From Octopus vulgaris (lineage: Eukaryota), in assembly GCA_951406725.2 (NCBI GenBank), contig OX597820.1:73780001-73844000 (forward strand): a stretch of 64,000 nt of DNA, read 5' to 3'. Position numbers and translations under genes: made by a program. Positions 50,829 to 63,543 of the stretch are shown here, piece by piece (the first letter of the stretch is position 1; each line of letters opens with the position of its first letter). The notes below the pieces were generated by a model. It ran no database searches and was not told the origin of the DNA. It saw only the letters and a list, made by a program, of their open reading frames with translations.

Positions 50829-51450
50829 GGCAGCGACCTGGCAGAAATGTTAGCACGCCGGGCGAAATGCGTAGCCCGAGGTCGACTTTGCCTTTCATCC
50901 TTTCGGGGTCGATAAATTAAGTACCAGTTACGCACTGGAGTCGATATAATCGACTTAATCCGTTTGTCTTCTGCGTTTAGCCCCTTGTGGGTACTAAAGA
51001 AATAGGTATTTCGTCTGCCGTTAAGTTGTGAGTTCAAATTCCGCCGAGATCGACTTTACCTTTTATCCTTTCGGGGTCGATAAATTAAGTACCAGTTACG
51101 CACTAAGGTCGATGTAATCGACTTAATCCCTTTGTTTGTCCACTCTATGTTTAGCCACTTGTGGGTAGTAAAGAAATAGGTATTTCGTCTGCCGCTACGT
51201 TCTGAGTTCAAATTCCGCCGAGTTCGACTTTGCTTTCATCCTTTCGGGGTCGATTAAATAAGTACCAGTTCCGCACTGGAGTCGATATAATCGACTTAAT
51301 CCGTTTGTATTAGTTCTGTCTTTACAGTCTGAGTTCAAATTCCACCGCGGTCGACTTTGCCTTTCATTCTCTCGGGGTCGATGTAATCGACTTGACCCTA
51401 CTCCACATAAATTTCGGGTTTTGTCCCTATAGTAGAAAGGATATTGATTT
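50829..51450 (+). repeat. head-to-tail tandem array of family B SINE (about 174-bp unit)
   Basis: The junction AAAGAAATA|GGTATTTCGTCTGCC occurs at 51004/51005 and 51178/51179. Confidence 0.85.
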
Positions 51451-51850
51451 CAAATTTTGGCACGAGGCCAGCAGTTTCGGGGCAGGGCGTAAGTCGATCA
51501 CACCAATACCAGTGCTCCGCTGGTACTTATTTTATCGAAAGGATGAAAGTGTTGGTGTGTACATCTCCGAAACCTGACCGTTCAGCAAAAGAGACCGATA
51601 GACTAAGTACTAGGCTTACATAGAATAAGTCCTGCGACTAAAAGCGGTGCTCCAGCATGGCTGCAGTCAAATGACTGAAACGTATAAAAGAGCAAACCAA
51701 AGAACGAGTGGATACTTTGTCGTTTTTCGTTTGTTTGATCTAAAGCGGTGGGTCTCAGACAGGGTCCATATCATACATGGAAAATAGTACATTGAGTCCA
51801 CAGTAGATTTGCTTTAGACGTACATATTTTGATCAATAAGTATCCGGGCT

Positions 51851-51931
51851 GTTGCTATAGTAACGAAGTTAAAACACGCAGAGTGAAACCGCTTGGCACG
51901 GATTGACCTTGAACACTGCTGTGCATGCGCA
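51851..51931. promoter_or_regulatory. candidate promoter motifs: RFX X-box and NRF1-like site
   Basis: GTTGCTATAGTAAC (51851-51864) and TGTGCATGCGCA (51920-51931) lie in CpG-retaining, non-repetitive sequence. Confidence 0.35.
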
Positions 51932-52259
51932 CTAAGTTTTAACATTCTAGCTAGCTTCCGCTATTTACAGCAGTGCTTGGAAGGAAGGCGTGTAGCGTGT
52001 GATCGTAACTTAAGATGGGTGATTTCCCTTGATTGGGATCATGGAGCAAATTCGGATTATCACCCTTAAACTATAATTTGTTCCCAGCAATTTTGGGGAA
52101 ATTGATTTAGTCCATTTGAGGGTACTTCTAATTATATAAATATTGTTTTGTTTCCACTACAACAATAGAACAGTTGCCTTTTCGCCTGCGACTCTCATAT
52201 TTCATGAAATTATTTATGAAATGAAATAAGCGTATGAAATTCTTTGCTTTAGTAGTATT

Positions 52260-53080
52260 ATTACTTCGACACGTGGAAGGCCGATGGTGCCATTTTCTTT
52301 CAGCTTTGCATCTCGACGTCTATGAACGATTAATTAGTATCATTGGACAACAACATCCAAAGCAGTCAATCATCTTTGCCAGGGTCTTCGAGAGGAGCCA
52401 CGTTTCCGCTCTATAGGGGGGAATGGAGAGGACCGATGCGTTGTAGATGCGGAGCTTCGTCTCCCCGGAGATAGAACAGTGGCGCCAGAGGGACTTCCAT
52501 GGGAGAACATGATTCCAGCGGCCAGACCACATCTGCGGTTGAGCTTCGAGGTCTGGTCTCCGTTGTTGGTGATTGCGAAGCTAAAAAGGTGAAGGAGCTG
52601 ACAAACTCCACGACGTCGGGGCCAATATGGAAAAGTGGACAGTCCGAGCCATCTCCGACATACATCAGTTGGGTCTTCGCCCAACTCGCTTGAGGGCTAT
52701 ACTTTGCTGATTCTTCTCTGTAAATGGTCAGTGGGTCCCCGAGTTGGTCGATGGGGTTCGCATACTCCAGGTTGGTAAGGTGGTAGTTCCTGAAGGTCAC
52801 GCTAGAGACTCGTTCACATATCTTGATCATCAGATAATCGATGACAGTTGAAGAGGTCGGGAACGGGCACGCAGTCCTGTCTAACCACGCTGGGGGGAAC
52901 CAGTCGGCGTCCTTCCCGTTCACTCACACGCAGCTCTATAGAGCCGTTGGAACAGAGCAGGGATCTTGAGAGGCGCAATGACGAGCTTGAGAATTTTCTG
53001 GAGGAATGCATAGTCGGCCGTGTCGAAAGCTGCTTTGAGACCGACGAAGGCGGCGTAGAGGTGGCGATCTTTGCAGACTC
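52260..53080 (-). mobile_element. degenerate RTE-like LINE RT fragment (GC-rich family)
   Basis: VVRQDCVPVPDLFN, LEYAN (LDYADD-like) and ETKLRIYNASVLSIPPYRAETW motifs. Confidence 0.85.
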
Positions 53081-53651
53081 CCAAGATTTTTCAATGAATG
53101 AAAATTTTTGCCGACATTCTCAGTAGATTACCGATTTTTGTTTATTTCCCCCCGCCCGTAACTTAGCAGTTCGGCAAAAGAGACGGATATAATGAGTATC
53201 AGGCTTTAAAAAATGTTCTGGGGTCTATATGTTCGACCAAATCTCTTAAGGCGGCACCCCAGCATAGCCGCAGTCCAGTGACTGATGCAGGTAAAAGGTA
53301 AAAGATATATATATATATTCTTTTTTTCTTTTTCTTTTACTTGTTTCAGTCATTTGACTGCGGCCATCGCCTTCAGTCGATCTCAGGACTTATTCGTTGT
53401 AAGCCTAGTAATTATTGTATCGTTCTCTTTTGCCGAACCGCTATGTTACCGGGACGTAAACACACCAACATAGGTTGTCAAGCGATGTTGTGGGGAACAA
53501 ACACAGACACAAACATACTTACACACACATATACAACGGGTTTCTTTCAGTTTTCGCCTATCACAAAGCTTTGGTCATTTCCAAGGTGCCACGCAATGGG
53601 ACTGAACCCGGAACCATATGGTTGGTAAGCAAGCTACTTACCACACATAAC

Positions 53652-53730
<79 letters not shown>
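53652..53730. repeat. (TCTA)n microsatellite
   Basis: Read directly from the sequence. Confidence 0.95.
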
Positions 53731-53856
53731 GCTCGAAGTAAAGTAGAAGACACTTGTCCAAGGTCTTACGCAGTGGGACTGAACACGGACCCATGTGGAT
53801 GGTAAGCAAGCTACTTACCACACAGCCACTCCAGCGCCTATATGTATGTATATATA

Positions 53857-54369
53857 TCTATATATATAAAACTGTAGTTGTGTGAGTGTCTGTCCCTTTC
53901 GATTTAGATTCCCAACTACTCCCACATTTTGCGGTGCAGTTTAACCAAATTCGGGTATCTTATAGTCGTGATTCATATCGAGCCCGTCTGGGTATTAGCG
54001 CGCGTCTACGATGGGTCTACGATTTAAAAAATAATTTAACATCATTTTTTATTCCATTTTAATGCATAATTTTTCGTGTGTCGATGGCGGCGGAGTTGGC
54101 GTCCATGGTCACACCTGCACCTGTGTTGCTTTTCCCCCTTCTTCCCTCCCTCGTGAAGCTGTGGGGAAGAGAGTGTAAGGAAATCAACGTCGTAAAGCGT
54201 TGTCAAGGAGACCAGCGTTCTTATAGAACAACGACTTCATGGCTTGAAGACACCAAAACAGAAATGGCTAAGAAAGCCCGAATTGGCATCTATAAGGGAA
54301 GTAACTCTCTAAAAATGCTTATATAGTTATTTCCCTTACAAAACCGAGCAACGCCGGGCGATACTGCTA

Positions 54370-54370
<1 letters not shown>
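53857..54370 (+). mobile_element. non-autonomous Helitron
   Basis: 5' end A|TCTATATATATAAAA, 3' end CCGAGCAACGCCGGG hairpin-like motif plus CTAG|T. Inserted between A and T with no TSD. Confidence 0.85.
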
Positions 54371-54413
<43 letters not shown>

Positions 54414-55412
54414 GGAGGGGATTCGGCAATCACTAGAATATGAGAGATATTGCTGAAAAAAAAAATACTTATAATAAATGTGTTTTGAATGGCACAATTA
54501 TTACTATTTATTATTATTGTTTACAAACAATACACAATACCTATATATAAAAAATAAATAAATTTTCCGTAAACTACCGAGAACGTCGGGAATTCAGTTG
54601 GCAAAACTTTAACAGTCGCTATATTTATACCAAATGATTGCCAAAAATAATATAGGTACAAATCCACAAGCATTATCCCTTTACTCCTCCGCTATTTTAA
54701 TGTATACCCCCTCCACCGCAAAAGCTAGAAAGAAACACTCTACTCCAGTCGAAAATGAAATTAGGATATAAAGGGAGATTACTCAATACAACGAAACATT
54801 CATTTTGTTGCTGCCCTCATTCTACGTCAATGAGTTTTTGTGATTGTAGACATTGTTTTGTTGCAAAGTCATTGCTCAGTGTATTCATTTCGTAGCAGAA
54901 TTGTCAGGGTTCTATAAAATGGCTTAGTTAGATATTGACCTGTATGTTCTGAGTTTCGATTTCATTGAGGTGAACTTTGGTTTTATTTTGTCGTGTCGGA
55001 CTGAATTTCTTATATTACGCATTTTAGTTGTGAATAATACATCGATAAGAGTGTAACAGCGTCATTAGTTACAGGTCAGTTAATTGACCAATCACTAGCC
55101 AGTGACGACATACTGACTCTGCGATTCGGGCGAGCAAAACATAAACAAAAAGATCATAAGGAATGTTCGTCCTATAGCACCGGGTAATGAATTTTTATAA
55201 AATATTTTTAGCAGATGTTAAATTTTTTTGAGACTAAAAATTAGAACTTTTTTCGGAGGGGATAGATGGTATTTTAGTTTGCAAAACAATAATCCAAAAA
55301 TGAAAAAGAATGACAACAAATTCTAAATGATCTGATCCTCGGAGAATTCACACGGATTCATTAAATGCTAGTGGAGTAAATGGAATGTTGAAAAGATTTA
55401 AAAACATATCTT

Positions 55413-55843
55413 GGCGATCTTTCGTCTCTAGTAGACCTTTCCGTCGATTTCCGTAAAAAAATTTTTTTTTTTACATATGGGCTTGCGGGAACTTTTGAAG
55501 TAATGAGAGCGAAAGAGACTAAGAGAAAGCGATTGTATGACGAGGGAAGTTCTTTTGAAGTTACCGTGCATGGGAGCATTGATGTACATGTGTGTGTGTG
55601 TGTTTGATGGGGTGTGGGAGACAGAAAGTATGTTGTGTAAGTGAAGTGCTTCTGTTAGTGTGTGTGAAGAGACAGAGAGAGTCCATGCACGGTAACTTCA
55701 AAAGAACTTCCCTCGTCATACAATCGCTTTCTCTTAGTCTCTTTCGCTCTCATTACTTCAAAAGTTCCCGCAAGCCCATATGTAAAAAAAAAAAAATTTT
55801 TACGGAAATCGACGGAAAGGTCTACTAGAGACGAAAGATCGCC
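55413..55843. mobile_element. foldback-type MITE with 161-bp TIRs and 8-bp TSD
   Basis: Arms 55413-55573 and 55683-55843 are reverse complements apart from 2 differences in an A/T run. CATATCTT is duplicated at 55405-55412 and 55844-55851. Confidence 0.93.
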
Positions 55844-55926
55844 CATATCTTAATTGCGAGTTAAATTATGATAAATGTATGTATGGATGTACGGTGTGTG
55901 TGTGTATGTCCATATATATATGTATC

Positions 55927-56288
55927 GTGGCACACCGTCGGTTACAACGACGAGGGTTCCAGTTGATCCCATCAACAAAATAGTCTGCTTGTGAAATTAA
56001 CATTCAAGTGGCTGAGCACTCCACAGACACGTGTACCCTTAACTTAGTTCTTGGGGAGATTCAGCGTGACAAGGCTGGCGCTTTGAAGTACAGATACAAC
56101 AAAAACTAGAGTGAGAGAAAGTTGTGGTGAAAGAATACAGCTGTGTTCGCCACCACTCTCTGCCGGGGGCCTCGTGGAATTTTAGGTGTTTCGCTCAATA
56201 AACACTCATAATACCCGGTCTGGGAATCGAAGCCGCGATCCTATGACCGCGAGTCCGCTGCCTTGACAACTGGAACATTGCGCTTCCA
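55927..56288 (-). mobile_element. tRNA-derived SINE (family E head plus family D tail)
   Basis: Head is shared with 58053-58348 and tail is shared with 46128-46450. Confidence 0.7.
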
Positions 56289-56392
56289 CACACACACATT
56301 TACCTTCGCATATACTGGTATAGCATTCTATGAATCGTTGAGCACGTTGCATCTCCTCTCTGCGCGCACGTAGGTTAAAATGAAGCTCAATA

Positions 56393-56801
56393 TACTCTTA
56401 CTCTTTTACTCTTTTACTTGTTTCAGTCTTTTGACTGCGGCCATGCTGGAGCACCGCCTTTAATCGAGCAACTCGACCCCGGGACTTATTCTTTTTGTAA
56501 GCCCAGTACTTATTCTATCGGTCTCTTTTGCCGAACCACTAAGTAACGGGGACATAAACACACCAGCATCGGTTGTCAAGCAATGCTAGGGAGACAAACA
56601 CAAACACACACACGCATATATATATATACATATATACGACAGGCTTCTTTCAGCTTCCGTCTACCAAATCCACTCACAAGGCTTTGGTCGGCCCGAGGCT
56701 ATAGTAGAAGACACTTACCCAAGGTGCCACACAGTGGGACTGAACCCGGAACCATGTGGTTGGTTAGCAAGCTACTTACCACACAGCCACTCCTGCGCCT
56801 A
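56393..56801 (-). mobile_element. SINE family A, best-preserved copy
   Basis: AGGCGCAGGAGTGGCTGTGTGG...GGGTTCAGTCCC tRNA-like head, CORE-like segment, internal microsatellite and (GTAAAAGA)n tail. Confidence 0.9.
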
Positions 56802-57029
56802 TGATTCTTAAATTGATAGTTTTCAGTTACTTATATTCACACCAAATAATTATGCTATATTCTTTATATAAGCGTATGCGGAGGTGAACACCGTTAAACT
56901 AAAAGTTAACTTCGTTAATCGTTAGTTCTTTGAAAATGTAACGGAAGTTAACGTTAACTTTTATTGAAAAAAGGCATAACTACAGTTTAATACCCCACCG
57001 ACTTTGTTGCCTCAGAAAAGGGGATAACT

Positions 57030-57365
57030 TAGAGAAAAATGGAGGAAGAGGAGGAAGGAAAGGAGGGGTAGGAAGAGGCAGGAACGGGATGAAGAGGAGG
57101 AGAGGGCTGAAAAGGAGAAGGAGAAGAAGGAGCGGGGGGAGAGAAAAGCAGAGAAAGGGGAAGGGAAGAGGTCTGGGAAGCATTGGAAGGAGACTAAGGA
57201 GGGGAAGGGAGAAAGTCCGTTAAGGGGAAGGGGAGGAAGAGGAGGAAATAGAGGGAAGGGGTAACAGGAGAGGAAGGGGAGGTCGGAGGAAGAAGTGGGT
57301 GGAAGGTGAGGAAGGGAGGGAGAGGATGAAAGGCAGGAGAGGAGAGGGAGGTAGGGATGAAAGAG
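57030..57365. repeat. purine-rich (GA) low-complexity tract
   Basis: Almost exclusively G and A on the + strand. Confidence 0.85.
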
Positions 57366-57415
57366 GTAAGTCCGTAATGAAATCAGCTCATTCTTTTTGA
57401 ATAACCCTGCATGTA

Positions 57416-57459
<44 letters not shown>

Positions 57460-58006
57460 ATAATTAACAATATATGCATATTTCCCGTATTGTATTCCCT
57501 TTTTATTTCTCGTCTTGTATTTTTTTGTACATGTATTTTTATCTTGTATTTTCTTGTGTAGTTTTATTGTTACATCCTGTTTGTGTTCTTACCCGTTTTA
57601 CCCCGCTGCTTGGAATTTTATTTTAATTCTCTCGCAGGAAGGCTTAGTTAACAAGTGTCCTGTCTTGCCTTCGAAACACGCCTGAGTTAACTAGCGACAG
57701 CTGATGACGGTGGATTTTTCCTTGTGTAGCTTGTCCCGTACTTGTTTTCTTGTTGTAAAAAATTTTTGGATTTTTCCTTGTGTAGCCTGTCTTGTACTTG
57801 TCGTTAAATTTTTGTTTTTCCCGTTTCTACGTCTTGTTGTGGCGTCCTGTACTTATGTATATTTATTTATATATGCATGTATATATACATGTAGATGTAG
57901 GTACGTACATATATGTTTGTATGTATGCATATATTTTTAATTATCACATTATTGTCTGACAGCGCCCCGCGTCAGGTTCGTTTTGTTCCACTTCTTGTCT
58001 CCATTC

Positions 58007-58052
<46 letters not shown>

Positions 58053-58348
58053 GCGCCCTTTTCAAGCCTAGCCAGGTTCATGGGCCCGGTTTCCCGGTTT
58101 CTATGGTGTATGTGTTCCCCCAGCTGGACGGGACGCCAGTCCATCGCAGCGTTACTCAAGAAACAGGAAGAAAGAGTGAGAGAAAGTTGGGGCGAAAGTG
58201 TACAACAAGGGTCACCCCCCCCTGCCGGAACCTCGCGCAGCTTTAGGTCTTTTCGCTCAATAAACACACACAACTCCCGGTCTGGGAATCGAAACCGCGA
58301 TCTTCCGACCGCGAGTCCGCTGCCCTAACCACTGGGCCATTGCGCCTC
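58053..58348 (-). mobile_element. tRNA-derived SINE with V-domain-like tail
   Basis: Head GGCGCAATGGCCCAGTGGTTAGGGCAGCGGACTCGCGGTC...GGTTTCGATTCCC and internal TGGACTGGCGTCCCGTCCAG. Confidence 0.7.
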
Positions 58349-58425
58349 TCACAAACACACACACATGCCATTGTTACACGTAAAGGGAGATCACTTCATT
58401 AAATAGATTAAAGAAGAGTTCTTAA

Positions 58426-59008
58426 CCCCTTACCCGGCAGAAACGAATATATGCGTTTTGACCGAAATCGTTTTTTTCTATCTCTGGCGAGTTAACTCAT
58501 CAAAAGATAGACTCGCCAAAATCGACAGCAAACGAGTTCCTTTGTCTATTATAAACTCTTTTTTGACATATACTAGTATATTCGCTCTCTTTATACGTCT
58601 GGCAGTGACGATTTCTGCCACCTTTCGCTTGAGTAAGGCATTGAAGACCGATAATGATTTAGTCACCTGGAAACAGTCGAAGGGTTGGAAGGCACATTTT
58701 ATGAATAGAAGTATTCACTTTGTTTTTACGTTGTTTTTTTATACCTTTATATTATAACCCCACCACGTCGATAACCAAATAAAATAACATGATTTTTTGT
58801 AAAAGTAATATGATTTATGAAAAAAAACGGGTTAACTCGTTTCTGCCCAAAGCGGTAATTTAAAATCAATATTATTGAATTAAAATTCATAATAAATAAG
58901 GTTTGAAATATACCTCGAAATCACCATTCAAAACATAGTAAAATAAAACAATTAAAAAATATGTCTGAAAAAATACATTTATTTTCAAAATAATTGTTGG
59001 GTAAGGGG
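58426..59008. mobile_element. piggyBac-like non-autonomous element
   Basis: TTAA|CCCCTTACCC ... GGGTAAGGGG|TTAA, with GGCAGAAACGA inverted internally. Confidence 0.85.
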
Positions 59009-59179
59009 TTAAAACAATTTTTGAGAAATGAATTTTGTTTTCTTGCCGCAAAAGCTGAAAACACAAATGTGGAAATACATCAGCGACTCCAAAGAAGTTG
59101 GGCCAAAACGGTTATTTCTAAACGTTTCATACCCAGGAAACTAATACCGACTCAAATGCATTTTCCTCTTTTTATGGCA

Positions 59180-59520
59180 TAGTCTTAAGGAGTGTGCTAC
59201 GGCCATGTCCTTTGAAAAACTAACGAGATGGAGATGGTTGGTGTTTTTCTTGACTAGCTACATGCTGTTAAATCGTAGGAGAAGCTTTGACTGGGAGGTA
59301 ATTCCAGATGTATGGCATTTTAAGATGAAAAGAAGGAAAGGTGGTGGAATGGAGAAGGCTTAAGTGAATGTGATATGAGACGAATAATTGCCAAGAGGCA
59401 GGGGTCATAAAAGAAGTAACAAGAAAGACAGAGTTAAAAGCTAATATGTATATGAGACAGACGCGAGTGACTACATGGTCGGGTGTTACATATAAATGCA
59501 CTTGGCACATTTGTATGCAG
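59180..59520 (-). mobile_element. CR1/L2-like LINE 3' remnant
   Basis: Translates to ...SFHLKMPYIWNYLP..., resembling the C-terminal SFFxRxxxLWNxLP motif. Confidence 0.45.
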
Positions 59521-60679
59521 CTCTTGGCCCCTAAAGAACTAAAGTAGCTCTCTTACTTACCCCAGCCCTTCGCTACCTGTAGAGCATAAGGCTATCGATT
59601 TTTCTCCACTGTTCTCGATTCTGGGCCGTCCTCTCCAAGGTCCTGCTAATTTTGAACTCCTGCAATTTTGCTTTGTTTTTTTTTGGTAAGGGTGTTGGTC
59701 ATAAGCAACCTATTTTTACTAATTGAGAGAAGTGGTCCATATTGGTCTGGCTTCGATCCTTTGACCTGTCCAGCATGAGAGCCCTTACCAGGAGCTTACA
59801 CTTCACTGGCATAGCTGTCAGGGTCATCAAAGCTCACAAATGATCCACCACACCAAAAGAAGCACTGGACCTAATGATCTTATGATGGAAAGTAGCTTTT
59901 CAGGGATATTTCTCCCATTTGTATAAACATACGACGCACGCAGCTGTGCACACGCGCATAAACGCACACACACGGTCTCACACACAAGAGCTCCAACAAA
60001 TTTAAAAGTCCTATTTACTGAAACACTGGATAACCACCTAGTTGTATGTCTTAGAATGCCTTTGTTCCCCTCCTCGGTTAAACCCACAATGAAACACTCT
60101 CTGTCATCTATCCCTTCAATCGCTACTGCCAACTGAATATAATTTAAACGTTGAAGTCTACCTAGAGAAAACAAATGCATTTTGCCGGAATTCATTCTGG
60201 TTTTCTGGGTAAGACTTTAAACTGCATTCATTAGAGGGATCCGGGTTCAGGAATTCCTGAGTTTTATGTGGAGGTGGAACCACCTCTTAGCCACTGTTTC
60301 CCCCAGGTGTACTTTAACCTCAAGAACCAGCTAGGGTTGCAGCTGTGGGTTAATTAACATGTCACAGACTTGCTTCCGAGAGGAGGTTATACAAACACCC
60401 TAACTGGCCCAGGGCAGATGAAGCCATTCTGCTCTTTAGCTGTTCATTCTAAGAGAAGGTAACTCCGTCCAAATCCTGCATCCTGGTCCTTGTTGCGTCA
60501 GACTAATACAAGTTTGAAGAACGAGAAATTGGGGTTGGCTGTGCTCAAAATATTTCCACTATAATTATAAAACCCTGCTGCCTTGTTTATATTGAATATT
60601 TAAAAGAAGCTAAGGGAGGAAACTCTACAGAAAACTCTTGAAGGAAGGACCCTTTGGTAGATATGTACAGTAATGATCA

Positions 60680-60922
60680 CCGTGTGACACGTGACCTACC
60701 AGGCTATCTGATGTTACATATCGCTGGTCACAATGCGCTTTTTGCATTGTTTTAGCCTTCAAATCACGTCACCCTACCCCCGCTGGCTAGGCGAAGAGGC
60801 CAGCATTCTCCGCTGATCGAAAGGGGGACTTTGCTCAAGAACACAACTCGCCGCCCAGTCGGGAATCGACCCCACAATCTATCGATCGTGAGTGCAACAG
60901 CCTAACCACTAAGCCACGCGCC
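60680..60922 (-). mobile_element. tRNA-derived CORE-like SINE
   Basis: GGCGCGTGGCTTAGTGGTTAG...GGTCGATTCCCG...GTGTTCTTGAGCAA. Confidence 0.65.
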
Positions 60923-63150
60923 ATCACACGTACGGTTATACTTAACCAATATCTCAACCACCCCCTGCAGCTGCATGGTTGCAACGAACACATCAACTTG
61001 TCTTTCCTTCCTGGTGTATCCATGAGTGGAGAGGCATAACAGACACTTGCTTCCGGAAACAGTCTTTGCACAGCAGAAGTGGTTAAATCACTATTGAAAA
61101 AAGATCAACCCTAAGAACTTAAAAGATTATATAATTCAAAATATAAGCAATAACATATCATAAAATAAATTTTCATTTTTCCAAACGAAACAAAACAGTA
61201 ACAGGGAAAATAATGTTTATTTTTGTAAACTTTTACTTTATTTATATTTGAAAAGTTTCCTCCTACTTTTTTGGATTGCAGAGTCTTTGATCAGATCCTC
61301 AAAATTAATCTTTGGTAACACATCTGCATCTATACATAGTAGAGATAAAGGCATCCAGAATATGATTTTATCAAGTTTAAAGTGATTTCTTTCGTGCCGT
61401 AAATCATTTACCATTCCTGTGGGGTGCCCCCTCCTTCCCTTGATGCCCTATGCACGTGCTTATATCGCTTAATGGTTAATCCAGCGCTCTCTGTCTGGTT
61501 ACAAGAATTCTCTGCTAAATGGATACCAGCTGTCACTGGTATTAATTTTCGGCTTAGCGAGTTAAAGCAACGTGAAATGAAACGCTTAATTCAATAACAA
61601 AGCTAAAAATCAATCCAGTCGAGTCAAAAATCGAACCAGCAACTTAACGATCCTGAGTCACACACACACATCACCATAGCATACGCTTTCACTATCTCAT
61701 GCAACAATAAACTTACTGATATCTTCTTTCCTTCATCGTATGAACTTTTCTCTTCACATTTCCCTTCTTTTGCTGTCTCACACTTTATTCGAAATACAAA
61801 AATATAACAGTCACACATTAAAAAAATTTTGAAACAAGGGAAATAACTTGCTCTAACTATAAATCTAAATATTTATAGAGTTATGTCCCTTAACATCTTT
61901 TTGCCTTATTACAAAAGCAATTTAAATGAACGTCATTTAATAAACAATTATCATATTTGCTAGGGTACAACATACGTTTTTTTTTATTTCTTTGGGATGT
62001 ACCTAAAAATTGCGCTGCATCTAATATAGTCATATTATTGATAGGAGTCTTGTTACGGTCACTGGAGAACGACCATTCGTTGCGCATCGACCCCGCTGCT
62101 TGTATATATGCATATTTTAGATCTGGTAGTTATTTCATTGATCCTTTTTACCGAACCGCAAAGTTACGGGGACGTAAACAAACCAACAATGCTTGTGAAG
62201 CGGTATGAGATACAAACACAAACACACGCACCCACCCCACAAACCGGAATTGACCTGTATCATGCTGGAGCACCGCTTCAAAAAATCGAGCCCAGGCCTT
62301 ATTTTTAATTGTGGTTCTTATTGTATCGGTCTATTTTATCGGACCACCATGTTACAGGGACGTAAACAAAACAAAGTTTCCGCACAGTTTCCGCGTATCT
62401 AATTCACACACAAGGCATTGGTCGGCCCGGGGTGGTGCCACGCAGTGTGACCGAACCCGAAACAATCTGGCTTCAAAGCGAGCTTCTTTTCCGCCCGGAC
62501 CAATCCTTCATCGCTTATCTGTTGATTGTTTCAGTCATTGGACCGAGGTCATTCTGGAGCACCACCTTGAAAGGCTTCCTAAAACAAACTGATACCTCTA
62601 CATCTTTTCTAAAGATTAGAACTTATTGTGTCGGTTTCTTGTTGTTTTTGCAGGACCACTATGTTACGGGGACGTAAACCAACCAACATAGGTTGACAAG
62701 CGTTGGGAGAACTCGCACAAACGCAAATACACAGACACACGTATATATGTATATAAACATACCTGTTATCTTAATCATTATATGGTTTTCTTATTAGAAT
62801 AGTAAGGATTTCGAAAAAATTACATTTACAATACTAAGTATGTACGGAGTGGCTGTGTGGCAAGTAGCTTGCTTACCAATCACATGGTTCCGGGTTCAGT
62901 CCCACTGCGTGCCACCTTGGGAAAGTGTTTCCACTATAGCCTCGGGCTGACCAAAGCCTTGTGAGTTGATTTGGTAGACGGAAACTGAAAGAAGCCTGTC
63001 GTATATTTCTCTTTTTTTCTCTTTTTTACTTGTTTCAGTCATTTGACTGCGGCCATGCTGGAGCACCGCCTTTAGTCGAGCAAATCGACCCCGGGACTTA
63101 TTCTTTTGTAAGCCCAGTACTTATTCTATCGGTCTCTTTTGCCGAACCGC

Positions 63151-63185
<35 letters not shown>

Positions 63186-63198
63186 GTGTGTGTGTGTA

Positions 63199-63234
<36 letters not shown>

Positions 63235-63543
63235 TTGTCGCCTCCAGCATCGGTTGACAACCGATGTTGGTGTGTTTACGTCCCCGTAAGCTAGCTGTTC
63301 AGCAAAAGAGAAGTACTAGGCTTATAAAGAATAAGTCCTGGGGTTCAATTTACTCGACTAACGGCCGCAGCCAAATGACTGAAACAAATAAAAGAATAAA
63401 GTAATCTCCCTTGTAGATCACACGCCAAAATAGCACCAATTGATGTCGGTGATATTTGAATTCAGAACGTAAAAAGCTGGAAAACTGCCGCTTAGCATTT
63501 TGCCCGAGGCGCTAATTTATCTGCTAGCTCCCCGCCTAAAAAT

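Noticed and set aside
57012-57479. Pro/Leu/Ser/Phe-rich ORFs (also 6259-6666, 17480-17885, 28375-28654)
   Set aside because: They arise from low-complexity purine/pyrimidine tracts and show no splice or domain evidence.
58270-58348. tRNA gene
   Set aside because: A and B boxes are present, but the acceptor stem does not close and the sequence continues into a SINE body; it is a SINE head.
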